From: Tolypothrix carrinoi HA7290-LM1
GTDB taxonomy: Bacteria > Cyanobacteriota > Cyanobacteriia > Cyanobacteriales > Nostocaceae
Direction of reading: 5' to 3'
Length of the DNA stretch: 64,000 nucleotides
Assembly: GCA_019358935.1 (NCBI GenBank)
Contig: JAHHIK010000015.1
Location: 1 to 64,000 of the forward strand
A program made the translations under genes and the position numbers. Positions 9,181-19,505 of the stretch are shown here, piece by piece. The notes beneath the pieces were generated by a model that did no database searches, had not been told where the DNA came from, and saw nothing but the letters and a program-made list of their open reading frames with translations. Every line of letters starts with the position of its first letter. Position 1 is the first letter of the stretch.

Positions 9181-10224
9181 TTACATATTGCGAGAACGTC
9201 CGCTGAAAACACGTTCCAGCTGCTTGAAGTTCTCTAATACACGCCCTGTTCCCAACACAACACAGCTTAAAGGGTCAGCCGCTACGTGGGTGACAATGCC
9301 TGTTTCATGACTAACTAGTGTATCCAAACCTTTCAGCAAAGCGCCACCACCGGCTAACATAATGCCGCGATCAATAATGTCTGCCGCCAGTTCTGGAGGT
9401 GTCCGTTCTAGTGTCCGCTTCACAGCTTCAATAATTACTGAAAGCGGTTCCGCCATACTTTCACGAATTTCTGGACCTTTGATGGTGACAGTGCGCGGTA
9501 GTCCAGAGAGCAGGTGTAAACCTCGGACTTCCATCATCGCTTCTTCGTCTTCATGAGTCGGATAAGCTGAACCAATGCTAATCTTGATATCTTCGGCGGT
9601 GCGTTCTCCAATCACTAAGTTATGAACTTTTTTCATATAATTCATGATGGCTTCGGTCAGTTCATCACCAGCGATGCGAACTGATTCGGAGATCACCGTA
9701 CCTTGGAGACTCAACACAGCTACTTCTGTGGTGCCACCTCCAATATCGATAATCATGTTTCCAGTCGGTTCAGCAACGGGTAAACCTGCACCAATTGCCG
9801 CTGCTACTGGCTCATCGATTAAATAAACTTCTCTTGCACCTGCTTGGGTGGCTGCATCCATTACAGCTCGTCGTTCTACGCCTGTGACTCCGCTGGGAAT
9901 ACCTATGACAATCCGTGGTAAGACCAGAGATTTGCCCTCATTTACACGCTGAATAAAGCTTTTTAGCATTAACTCGGCTGTATCGAAATCAGCGATTACA
10001 CCATCGCGCAAGGGGCGCAGCGCAATCACATTTCCCGGTGTCCGACCAAGCATTTTTTTTGCTTCTTCTCCAACTGCCAGTGCTACCTTTTCGGTTTGAT
10101 CGATGGCAACTACTGAAGGCTCTTGGAGTACAATACCTTTACCAGATACATAAACTAGGGTGTTGGCGGTACCGAGGTCGATACCCATATCCCGCGATAA
10201 GGAAAATTTACTGAAAAGACCCAC
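9181..10224 (-). CDS. mreB: Rod shape-determining protein MreB
   Basis: [22 protein letters not shown] actin-like motifs. Confidence 0.97.
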   Translation of the reverse strand: MGLFSKFSLSRDMGIDLGTANTLVYVSGKGIVLQEPSVVAIDQTEKVALAVGEEAKKMLGRTPGNVIALRPLRDGVIADFDTAELMLKSFIQRVNEGKSLVLPRIVIGIPSGVTGVERRAVMDAATQAGAREVYLIDEPVAAAIGAGLPVAEPTGNMIIDIGGGTTEVAVLSLQGTVISESVRIAGDELTEAIMNYMKKVHNLVIGERTAEDIKISIGSAYPTHEDEEAMMEVRGLHLLSGLPRTVTIKGPEIRESMAEPLSVIIEAVKRTLERTPPELAADIIDRGIMLAGGGALLKGLDTLVSHETGIVTHVAADPLSCVVLGTGRVLENFKQLERVFSGRSRNM

Positions 10225-10558
10225 GCCTCTCTACGCCCCCTAATATTTAATACTTTTGACAACTACCATAAGAGTGATTTGTGCTGAATTTTATTACGTT
10301 TTTTATTCATAGTCTAGTAAAGTAGACTATTTTCTCAGTAATATTTGGGAATCTTTACTATGTCTTACGACGATTACTTTTTGATATTCTCCCGCTATAT
10401 CAGTAGATCCGTATAAAATTTTCGGTAAAATAGAGAAAATTTGATTGTTTGTTAAGTAATTATAATTGTTAATTATTTAACATACTATCAATTGCTTTAC
10501 AATTCGCTATTATAAGAGTCACGAGTAGTAAGTACGCCTGTACTGAAAGGTGAAAGAT

Positions 10559-10924
10559 ATGAGCATCAATGTTGTGACTCTGGTTGGTCGTGTTGGCACT
10601 GACCCAGATATGAAGTATTTTGAGTCAGGTAAAGTTAAGTGTCGGTTAACACTGGCGGTGAATCGGCGATCGCGCAACAGCGATGAACCCGATTGGTTTA
10701 CCCTGGAATTATGGGGAAAAACGGCGGAAGTAGCAGGTAATTACGTAAAAAAAGGCAAGCAAATCGCTGTTAAAGGTTCCTTAAAGTTTGACTCATGGAG
10801 CGATCGCAATACAGGCATCACTCGCTCATCACCAATTATCCAAGTAGACCAACTAGAATTGTTAGGTTCCAAACGGGATGCAGATGATATGGGGGATGGG
10901 GAATGGGGAATGGGGAATGGGTAA
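10559..10924 (+). CDS. ssb: Single-stranded DNA-binding protein
   Basis: INVVTLVGRVGTDP, DWF..ELWG, KKGKQIAVKG; C-terminus encoded by an STRR tract. Confidence 0.92.
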   Translation: MSINVVTLVGRVGTDPDMKYFESGKVKCRLTLAVNRRSRNSDEPDWFTLELWGKTAEVAGNYVKKGKQIAVKGSLKFDSWSDRNTGITRSSPIIQVDQLELLGSKRDADDMGDGEWGMGNG

Positions 10925-11036
10925 TGGGTAATGGGTAATAGCGAATGGGGAATGGGGAATGGGCAAAGAACACGTTCCTAATTACCAATTTCCAATTACC
11001 TATTACCAATTACCCATTCCCCGATTCCCAATTTCC
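10890..11036. repeat. STRR heptamer tracts in inverted arrangement
   Basis: (GGGAATG/GGGTAAT)n followed by (ATTACC..)n. Confidence 0.85.
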
Positions 11037-11038
11037 AG

Positions 11039-11785
11039 TTAATAACTAATTTGCAGTGTTACTGATGCGTCTACTTCTTGTTCACCACCAACGACGGGGG
11101 TAGAAGCATCTTGTGCTTCTAACTTGGCGCTCCTACTATATGCAATAGGTGGTGGGGTGGGCGCATTCGCATTATTAACTTGAATGCTGACTATTTCTTT
11201 GGATTTAAAGCCTAAAGAAGCAAAAACGGCATCAGCTTGTTGTTGAGCTTCTTGGGTAGCTTTTCTGAGTGCTTGTTTTTGCGCTTGAGCGATCGCTGAA
11301 TCACTAGCGACAAAACTAACACTATTAATCTGCGTAGCTCCCACTTTCACCGCTTCGTCTAATAATGTACCAGCTTTCTCAATAGCAATGCGAAAACTTA
11401 CAGTATTTGTAGCCGCATATCCTGTAATTCGCTGCACATTATTGTTATAGCTATAAACTGGGTTAAGTCTAATACCCGTGGTTTCTAATTTATCTACATT
11501 CCGGCTCTTGAGCAACGCTACCACGGCTGACGATCTACGGGCAGCTTCTTGTTGTACATCTTGTGCAGTTTTACCTTGAACTTCCACACCTAGATTTACT
11601 AGAGATAAAGTTGTCGGAATTGATTCCATCCCGCGACCAGTAACGGTGAGGGTTCGCAACATTTTTTCTCTTTCTTGTGCTAAACCAGGTTGGGCAAAAC
11701 TTATACATGCAATCAAGACAAAAGGCAGTGTTTTCCACAATTTGCCAGCATTAAACCGAGAACCAGCTAAAACAGTTGTATTCAT
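11039..11785 (-). CDS. SIMPL (DUF541) periplasmic protein
   Basis: Signal peptide, TLTVTGRG, GYAATNTV, PVVGGEQEVDASV. Confidence 0.88.
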   Translation of the reverse strand: MNTTVLAGSRFNAGKLWKTLPFVLIACISFAQPGLAQEREKMLRTLTVTGRGMESIPTTLSLVNLGVEVQGKTAQDVQQEAARRSSAVVALLKSRNVDKLETTGIRLNPVYSYNNNVQRITGYAATNTVSFRIAIEKAGTLLDEAVKVGATQINSVSFVASDSAIAQAQKQALRKATQEAQQQADAVFASLGFKSKEIVSIQVNNANAPTPPPIAYSRSAKLEAQDASTPVVGGEQEVDASVTLQISY

Positions 11786-12041
11786 ACTTTGTTCCACTCC
11801 TCAAACAATTATTTGTAGACGCTTCAACTTTGCGCGTCACTAGTGATATGTTCCTACTTTCGCATTGCAATAGTCAAAGGTGAGAGCGGTTACATTTTTT
11901 GCAACTGAAAATTGGGTAATTGTTAATGGTTAGGGGTTAGTAGAAGAGGATCGGGTGTTTTGTCAGCGAATTATGACAAATCCGGTTTTAGTTACAGCAT
12001 ATTTCAGGTAAATGAGGTACATGCATAAAACCCAAAACCCT

Positions 12042-12070
12042 GTAGAGACGTTCCAGTGGAACGTCTCTAC
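12042..12070. repeat. GTAG-type REP palindrome
   Basis: GTAGAGACGTTCC-AGT-GGAACGTCTCTAC; degenerate relative at about 39067-39095. Confidence 0.8.
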
Positions 12071-12100
12071 GTGTATTCAATAAAAACGCAATCTGCTGTA

Positions 12101-12297
12101 GTAACCTTGCCAGTATGACATTCCATAAATGTCTTTAAGCTGGGTTGGGTTAAACCAGGAATGTTGAGATTGGGGTTAACTGCTTAGGCTATACCATCAA
12201 TTGCCACAGGAATTTCTTTGAGTGTAAAACCCCGCTGTTGTGCCTTCTGGTATTTTTCATCTTTAATTGAGCGAAATGACTGGAAAAAAGATAGTTC
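12101..12297 (-). pseudogene. PstS-like phosphate-binding protein fragment
   Basis: Manual translation ELSFFQSFRSIKDEKYQKAQQRGFTLKEIPVAIDGIA*AVNPNLNIPGLT, then frameshift to QLKDIY..TGKV. Confidence 0.75.
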
Positions 12298-12366
12298 GTT
12301 TTCCTCGCATAGTTATTAACAAAAAACGTTATTTTTTGCTAGACATTACATTTTTTAAATTCAGTG

Positions 12367-13416
12367 TTAACCAATATTTTGAAATACTATTTTCAATAAC
12401 TCAGCTTTTGTAAAAGGCTTGGTCAAATAGCCTGAAGACCTAACGATTTTTGCCTTTGCTCTATCTTTAAAACCTGTTCTTCCTGTCACCATAATTACAG
12501 GTATACTTTTGAAAGATGAATGTTTACGTAATAAACGACAGAATTCATAACCGCCTATATTCGGCATTTCAACATCTAGTAAAATTAAATCTGGTTTGCT
12601 GCGGATGACTTGTGTTAAAGCTTTCAATGGATCGTTAATTCCGAGAACAGAAAATATTTGATCGTCTAAAAATAGTTTCATAACATTCAATACAGTTAAA
12701 CTATCATCGATACAGACGATTGTGTAAATTTTTTGGTTTGTATATTGTTCTTGCTTGTTGGGAATATTATCATCTAGAAGAATGCTTTTTTCTGACAATT
12801 CTTGTCCAGTTGATATTTCAGTTGGTGGTTGAAGGTTTAAAGGTTGAAAAGACGACTGTTGAAAAACTGCTGACTCGATAATTTTCGGATTTCGTGATTT
12901 GTTTTCACACTGTTCAACTAATGAAGGCACATCTAGATAACAGAACTTTGGCATATCGTTCAAGAAGCTTTCAGGAGTAATTTCATAATTACCCTCATTT
13001 AAAGTAAGAAATGACTTCAAGACTTCTAATGCCAATTCCTTGATGAGGATACTTGCTTGTTCAAAGCTAATATATTTCTGCTCGACTAGCCAGCAAATAG
13101 CCATATAATCTGGACGTGGTGTTATTTGGTTTTCAACACTAGTTTCAAATCTTGCACGCAACTGCTGCTTAATTCCACTATTTAAAGTAAGAATTTCTTG
13201 ACTCAAGTCCTGCAACTTTCTATCAAGCAAATCAAACATATTATTTAAATAGCAGGCATAAACTAGTTTACCCTCCTCTACATAGATTAACCAAGATTCT
13301 GAAGCACTAAATACTTGCAAACAACAAGTAGAAGAATTACTGGTTATTTGACTTAATAGAGATAAAGGTTCTAAGTTCTGTGAAATTCTGTATCGAAAAA
13401 TAGGAAATGTATTCAT
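12367..13416 (-). CDS. PatA-family response regulator (PATAN/DUF4388 + receiver)
   Basis: N-terminal PATAN-like W.IY.EEGKLVYA; C-terminal CIDDS, LLDVEMP, YLTKPF. Confidence 0.85.
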   Translation of the reverse strand: MNTFPIFRYRISQNLEPLSLLSQITSNSSTCCLQVFSASESWLIYVEEGKLVYACYLNNMFDLLDRKLQDLSQEILTLNSGIKQQLRARFETSVENQITPRPDYMAICWLVEQKYISFEQASILIKELALEVLKSFLTLNEGNYEITPESFLNDMPKFCYLDVPSLVEQCENKSRNPKIIESAVFQQSSFQPLNLQPPTEISTGQELSEKSILLDDNIPNKQEQYTNQKIYTIVCIDDSLTVLNVMKLFLDDQIFSVLGINDPLKALTQVIRSKPDLILLDVEMPNIGGYEFCRLLRKHSSFKSIPVIMVTGRTGFKDRAKAKIVRSSGYLTKPFTKAELLKIVFQNIG

Positions 13417-14515
13417 TGTAAATACTCTTTGCTCAAGTCAACAATTGTCTAGATTTTCAAGAACAGGGAAACGTTCAAAACATAATTAAAACTGAAGTAG
13501 TCCCTTTTTTACTTTGAGAATTTTTAACTTTTAAATTAATACAGGTTTGTGAAAACTAGTTGAATTGTAATTTCCGACACTAGCTTTTAACTTCTGTAAA
13601 ATATCTACTGTTGTTTGGAGATAAAAAGAAATTTGGTCAAATGAATTATTAGTCATTTCCGAAATTTTGACAACTTTTTCATCAGATTAGTAACTTCTGT
13701 AGACGTTTACATTTAAGATCCTGTTGCCGACGCTTAACTTTTTGAGAAGTTTCCCGTAAGGTTTTTTGCAGACTCAAGATATTTTATTTTGTGGGATTAA
13801 TTAGCGCACCCCCAGTTTTAGCAGTGTCAGAGGCATTACCAAGGAGGGGTAAAGGAAAAAGAAAAAAACTTTTCATTTCTTGTGGTATTTTGAAGAATCT
13901 GCATTAAATATGCAGCAAAGTTAAAAGAACGAATGCTTTAGGGGGGAATTTTCAGAACGCATTCCTTTTTAATCGAAAGCCTCATTTGCTCGATGGAATC
14001 TAAAGTATGGTTGGTTATTAATGCAAGTTTTGAGTGGTTCACTTGCAATGATTGTCAATCGAAGAGAGAACGATCGCGCGATCGCTTCTCTTAGTGATGA
14101 TAGATGACTACTCGATCCGCAATTGCTGCGACTGCCCCAATCCCCAGTATCTGTAATAATATTCTTGCTTTGTCAAACGCGATCGCGCTCATCGGTACTC
14201 AGGTTGTGCTGAAATAAATTTTTTAATGCAAACACATGCAGAAGCTGACACCTTCACTATGAGGCGTACTTTTAAATTTGAGGAAAGCACCCTAAGTAGT
14301 AGCTGAAAATTAGTGATACTACTTAAGATAACAGCAAACTTTGAAAATGTTTAATTTTTACTCTTTGATGCAGTCGAGAAAGCTATTCCTCCTCATGTTA
14401 ATTTTTATTACAACAACGTAGAATCACACATAGCTGATGCAAAAGTTATTTCACCTAGATATTACAGAGTTTTTGCACTCCCGACCGGAAATTAATTTAA
14501 ATAAAAGCTTAATAA

Positions 14516-14760
14516 GTCGGTGTAGCGTAAATAATCAGTAAACCTTATGCCGATCCAACATAGAATGATGTCAAACGGGTGGTTGTGGATGTGCAGGCAA
14601 TCAGAAAAGTACCCACCACCGTAACGCTAGCCCAAATCAAGCAGGATGCTAATTGGCAAAACTTTGACTTACTGCGTCTAGGTCGATTGTCGGTAGTTCC
14701 GGTGTCTGAGTATTATTGCAGCGTCTGTTGGAATTAGCAAGCATCTACCAATTAATTTAA
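14516..14760 (+). pseudogene. EVE-domain protein, decayed C-terminal half
   Basis: VGVA*IISKPYADPT*NDVKRVVVDVQAIRKVPTTVTLAQIKQD...LLRLGRLSVVPVSE, then frameshift to QRLLELA. Confidence 0.75.
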
Positions 14761-14825
14761 AGGGCTGACTGTAGCGCATCTATAATAATTGGTTTAAATA
14801 AAAGAGAAGGATTTTTACAGAACCA

Positions 14826-16289
14826 ATGCAGTTTTTAGGTGCAATTAACTTCTCTTTGCCTCTGCTGGCAAGCGCAACAGAAACAGCAGACAGTTCAATG
14901 GTACTAGCAGCCGTGCTGCTAAGTTTAGTAGTGATTTACCTCGCAAGCAAAGTTGGTGGGGAGTTATCCAACCGATTTGGTTTACCACCTGTGTTGGGTG
15001 AACTCGTCAGCGGTGTGGTGGTGGGTGTGTCTGTTCTACATCTGTTGGTGTTTTCTTCTGGTGGTACAGACAATTCTAATTTGATTATTAGCTTTCTCCA
15101 AAGCACTGCCGGTTTAAGTCCAGATGCTGCTGCTGGGGTATTTGCAGCGCAGTCTGAGGTGGTTTCGGTTTTGGCAGAACTCGGTGTGATCATCCTGCTG
15201 TTTGAAATCGGCTTGGAGTCGAATTTAAAAGATTTGATGGCAGTGGGTATCCAAGCCAGTATGGTGGCTGTGGTGGGGGTTGTAGTACCCTTTACTGCTG
15301 GCACTGTCGGATTGATGACTTTGTTCGGTATCGATGCCTTACCAGCAATTTTTGCTGGGGCAGCTTTGACTGCGACGAGTATTGGTATTACTTCTAAGGT
15401 ATTGTCAGAATTGGGGCGGCTCAGTTCTAGAGAAGGACAGATTATTCTTGGTGCTGCGGTGATTGACGACGTACTGGGAATTATCGTTTTAGCGGTAGTT
15501 GCTAGCTTGGCGAAAGATGGTGCGGTAGATGTAAGCAAAGTTGTTTATTTGATTATCAGCGCTAGTGGTTTTCTGTTGGGCGCGATCGCTCTGGGTAATT
15601 TTTTCAATAAATCTTTTGTAGCGATCGCTGATAAACTTCAGACACGCGGCGAATTGGTGATACCTGCCTTCATCTTCGCTTTTGTCATGGCATATCTTGC
15701 CGCAGCTATTCAACTAGAAGCGATTCTCGGCGCTTTTGCGGCTGGTTTAGTCTTGGAAGAGACTGATAAGCGCAAAGAACTGCAAAAGCAAGTCATTCCC
15801 ATTGCTGATATGCTGGTGCCGATTTTCTTTGTTACTGTTGGCGCAAAAACCGATTTAGGAGTTTTAAACCCAGCAATTCCCAGCAACCGCGAAGGTTTAA
15901 TTATGGCTACTTTCCTGATTTTAGTCGCCATTTTCGGTAAAGTAGTTACAGGCTTAACGGTGTTTGGTCAACCGGGAATTAACCGCTTGGCAATTGGTGT
16001 GGGAATGATTCCCAGAGGCGAGGTAGGCTTAGTGTTTCTTGGTATTGGCTCTTCTATTGGTATTCTCTCCAAACCACTGGAAGCAGCAATTATCATGATG
16101 GTTATTCTTACCACCTTTTTAGCTCCTCCTCTGTTACGAATTGTATTTCCCGATTCAGAAGCGGTGGGTGTTGCAAGCGAACTGATTTTAAACACTTCTG
16201 GTACACCGTTGGCAGTCGAATCACCAACTGCGATCAATTCAAAGTCAAATGATGCCGCAAATCCGGAAGCAACCCCGGATGGGCATTAA
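14826..16289 (+). CDS. Cation:proton antiporter (CPA2, NhaS3-like)
   Basis: Multiple TM helices, LFEIGLE, ATSIGIT, AAVIDD, GMIPRGEV. Confidence 0.92.
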   Translation: MQFLGAINFSLPLLASATETADSSMVLAAVLLSLVVIYLASKVGGELSNRFGLPPVLGELVSGVVVGVSVLHLLVFSSGGTDNSNLIISFLQSTAGLSPDAAAGVFAAQSEVVSVLAELGVIILLFEIGLESNLKDLMAVGIQASMVAVVGVVVPFTAGTVGLMTLFGIDALPAIFAGAALTATSIGITSKVLSELGRLSSREGQIILGAAVIDDVLGIIVLAVVASLAKDGAVDVSKVVYLIISASGFLLGAIALGNFFNKSFVAIADKLQTRGELVIPAFIFAFVMAYLAAAIQLEAILGAFAAGLVLEETDKRKELQKQVIPIADMLVPIFFVTVGAKTDLGVLNPAIPSNREGLIMATFLILVAIFGKVVTGLTVFGQPGINRLAIGVGMIPRGEVGLVFLGIGSSIGILSKPLEAAIIMMVILTTFLAPPLLRIVFPDSEAVGVASELILNTSGTPLAVESPTAINSKSNDAANPEATPDGH

Positions 16290-16323
16290 TCAAAGTCCCA
16301 CTTCAAGACGCATTTTTAACTAA

Positions 16324-16366
16324 GTTATGAGTGAGTAGTTAATTAAAAACTGCTCATTCATAACTC
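16324..16366 (+). terminator. Hairpin after the antiporter gene
   Basis: GTTATGAGTGAGTAGTT...AACTGCTCATTCATAAC imperfect inverted repeat. Confidence 0.5.
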
Positions 16367-16919
16367 AGTAGTCTGTCATGGGTAAAAGCGATCGAAGAAA
16401 GGAAACTTTTTATCTTTAACATCCGTCGCCTAAAAATGTAAAATCTTAGCAGTTTTTTTTCTAATTACTACTAACATAATGTTATTTGTTTGCAGTCTTC
16501 CCCTTCAAGCGTCCCAATAATCGATGCGATGTTTTACAAGCAATTAGGAAGTAATACTTACAAGTTTTGCCTCATCAGTTAACAACAGTTGAAATTTTTG
16601 ACGAGCGTGCATCAGCATCAATTACCAGAAAAAAGTCAACACAAATCCCTGCTTGAGTCAAGTATCATAAGCGTGAGATTGACTGCTGACTTTAATTGGT
16701 GGTTATTTCTTTGTTAGTGCAATCGAATACTCGAACGATGCTGCAAAGTGATGTGCTAACAACATGAAAAATTAAAAGCAATGTGCATTCATGGCATCAT
16801 TAAATGTATTTTGATACCAAAGCACGCTTTTTGACAGTTTGGGGGCAAGGGTAGTGAAGATTTGCCAATATTTTGACAGATTGACAGATAAACGCAAACG
16901 CTCTTCAGGAGAAAGAACT

Positions 16920-18806
16920 GTGAAACTACACTGGCTACTACCTGGCACTTTTGGAACTATCTTCATGCTATCGTCACCGACTTTGGCTGCAAGATTGGAA
17001 TCGTGGCGTTTTGATGTTAATCAAAATCGGTTGGAAATTAATACCACCGGAGATGTTCAACCCCAAGCGCAATTACTCTTCAACCCCACGCGCTTGGTAA
17101 TTGACTTGCCAGAAACAACATTTGAGCGATCGCCAAACCAACAGCAGTTAAATGGCGGATTTCGCTCTATCAATGTCACGCAGCTGGATAAATTATCTCG
17201 CATAGTCGTTGAACTTAGCCCAGGTTATACCCTAGACCCCAAACAGGTGAAATTTGTTGGCATAACTGCCAGTCGCTGGACGGTACAATTACCAAAACCA
17301 GCTGCACAGCAAGTCGCTTCCCCCAGAAATCTTTACAATGTGGTGATAGGAAATAACAAACCAGATGCCAAAATTGCCAACACCACAAACGCAAGGACGC
17401 AAATCGAGAATTTACTTATAACCGGAGACGGGTTTTTTATCCGCACGACTGGTGCCCGTCCTCAAGTTGATATAAATCGCAGCGACGACAGAAAGTCAAT
17501 TAATATCGATATTGCCGGTGCATCTTTATCGCCTAATTTGCAGCGCGAACGGGCAATTAATCGCTATGGTGTCAAGCGCATTCAATTCACCCAGCGGGAA
17601 ACACAACCACCTGTTGTTCGCATAACTTTGCAGGTAGATAAAAATAGTTCAGATTGGCAAGTAAATCTTAACAGTCCCCGTGGTTTAATACTTCTGCCCA
17701 GTACTGTTGTCAGATTGCCTGCTAGTAGTAATCTGGATAATACAAGTGGCACTAGCTCCTTACCACAACTACCGCCAAATACTTCCACTGCGAATAAACT
17801 CTCTACAATTGAGTCCGTGGAACTTGCCGGTAATGGTACACAATTAGTTATCAAAGGCGATACTCTTACAGAGTCACTCCGTGAACGCACTTTATCTGCT
17901 ACTGGTGGGTGGGATAGAGCTTCTGGTTTATTCCGTATCAGCATCAATAATGCTAGATTAGCACCTTCAATCAAAGGTCCTAATTTAAATAGCAATAGCC
18001 CGATCGCTAGAGTCCGTCTGCAATCGTCAGGCTCAAATACTGTGCTTGTTTTTGTCCAACCAAATCCGGGAGTACAAATTGGGGAACTAAACCAAATCAA
18101 TAGCCAGACTATAGCTTTACAATTAAAACGTTCTGTGCAACGTTCTGGGCGAATCATACCCCCGATTAGTGGTTTACCTCCCTTACCACTACCAAGTCAA
18201 GTTCCATTTCCAGATCCAAACGCTCGATATCCCGCACCATCGCGGAGTCGTCCCCGCATTCCGTCGGGACGAGTGGTAGTTATGATCGATCCTGGACACG
18301 GTGGTAAAGACTCTGGTGCCGTTGGCATTGGGGGACTGCAAGAGAAAAATATCATCTTGCCGATTAGTCAAAAGTTGGCGCGGATTTTGCAGCAAAGTGG
18401 GGTGCAAGTGATACTGACAAGAAATTCTGATTATTTTGTCAGTCTTCAGGGAAGAGTAGATTTAGCAGATCGAGCTAATGCTGATGTATTTATCAGTATT
18501 CACACTAATTCTGCCGGTTTACAACGTCCGGATGTCAGCGGATTGGAAACGTATTACTACGACAGTGGTTTAGGTTTGGCTCGTATAGTCCATAACAGCA
18601 TTCTCCGAAGTGTGAATGTTAGAGATCGAGGAGTGCGACGAGCGCGATTTTACGTTTTAAGAAAAAGTTCTATGCCTTCTATTCTCATAGAAGCTGGTTA
18701 CATGACTGGTCGGGAGGATATCGCTAAACTAAGAAATCCACAATATCAAAATCAAATGGCGGAGGCGATCGCTCGCGGTGTCCTCCAGTATCTAAAGCAA
18801 AGATAA
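16920..18806 (+). CDS. amiC1: N-acetylmuramoyl-L-alanine amidase with AMIN domains
   Basis: PTRLVIDLP AMIN repeats, DPGHGGKD, SIH, ILIE; AGGAG before GTG 16920; first of a tandem pair upstream of murI. Confidence 0.9.
   Translation: MKLHWLLPGTFGTIFMLSSPTLAARLESWRFDVNQNRLEINTTGDVQPQAQLLFNPTRLVIDLPETTFERSPNQQQLNGGFRSINVTQLDKLSRIVVELSPGYTLDPKQVKFVGITASRWTVQLPKPAAQQVASPRNLYNVVIGNNKPDAKIANTTNARTQIENLLITGDGFFIRTTGARPQVDINRSDDRKSINIDIAGASLSPNLQRERAINRYGVKRIQFTQRETQPPVVRITLQVDKNSSDWQVNLNSPRGLILLPSTVVRLPASSNLDNTSGTSSLPQLPPNTSTANKLSTIESVELAGNGTQLVIKGDTLTESLRERTLSATGGWDRASGLFRISINNARLAPSIKGPNLNSNSPIARVRLQSSGSNTVLVFVQPNPGVQIGELNQINSQTIALQLKRSVQRSGRIIPPISGLPPLPLPSQVPFPDPNARYPAPSRSRPRIPSGRVVVMIDPGHGGKDSGAVGIGGLQEKNIILPISQKLARILQQSGVQVILTRNSDYFVSLQGRVDLADRANADVFISIHTNSAGLQRPDVSGLETYYYDSGLGLARIVHNSILRSVNVRDRGVRRARFYVLRKSSMPSILIEAGYMTGREDIAKLRNPQYQNQMAEAIARGVLQYLKQR
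17862..17885. repeat. 24-nt small dispersed repeat inserted in-frame into a HIP1 site
   Basis: GCGAT-[ACTCTTACAGAGTCACTCCGTGAA]-CGC; paralog amiC2 has an intact GGCGATCGC at the equivalent position. Confidence 0.75.
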
Positions 18807-19505
18807 CTCAATTTCAAAAATCTGAGTAAATACACTTAATTGTTCTGTTGATTTTCTCAACTGAGCAATAAAAATGTGTAACTAAGCCAGAGCGATCGCT
18901 CACCATCTACAACACTCATGATAAAAATAGATTTTCCCTAACCCAAGCGCCCAAGCGCCTTCCTAATCCAGAGGTGATTAATTTTCCGCTATAACACCCC
19001 ACATATATTTTTCTCAATATCACAGAATGAGAATATCTGACACCGTGTCGTAAGTAGGGGCAATTCATGAAGGGTCCCCTACAAGATTTTAGGAAAAGCA
19101 CTCATTCCTAAATATTAAAGAGTAGCACCTCACCAGCTTTGCCTCACCAACTGACAGCACTTGACATTTTTCGTATTTTGTGCGTAAAACACCAAAAATC
19201 CATTTATACATCAATTCTTGGCTGATTCAAGTGTAATTAACCCGAAGATCGCTAAGTATGAGTTATTCTGATAAGCTCTTTTTTGGTGTAATCTGATGCT
19301 TTAAAGACAGAACTTTTATGCTTTAACATCATGGCAAATTGACTATTGCGTGCTAAAATTTTACGCCATTAGCTGTGTCTTTAATACAAGCGCACGCGCC
19401 ATGAGCGCAGCATCAAAGCTAAAGATTGGGCGGTGACGGTGTGAGGATTTATCAATATTTTGACGGATTGACGGCTCCCATGAATGCGAATCAGGAGAAA
19501 GGACT

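Noticed and set aside
16839..16919. Longer upstream starts given by the ORF track (amiC1 16839, psaF 39874, prmC 45907, tic22 45054, mreC 9159)
   Set aside because: RBS position, paralog comparison or family N-termini favour the downstream starts listed in the features
14936..18157. Long antisense ORFs (14936-15538, 17582-18157) and similar shadows elsewhere
   Set aside because: They lie opposite well-supported genes and show no recognisable motifs
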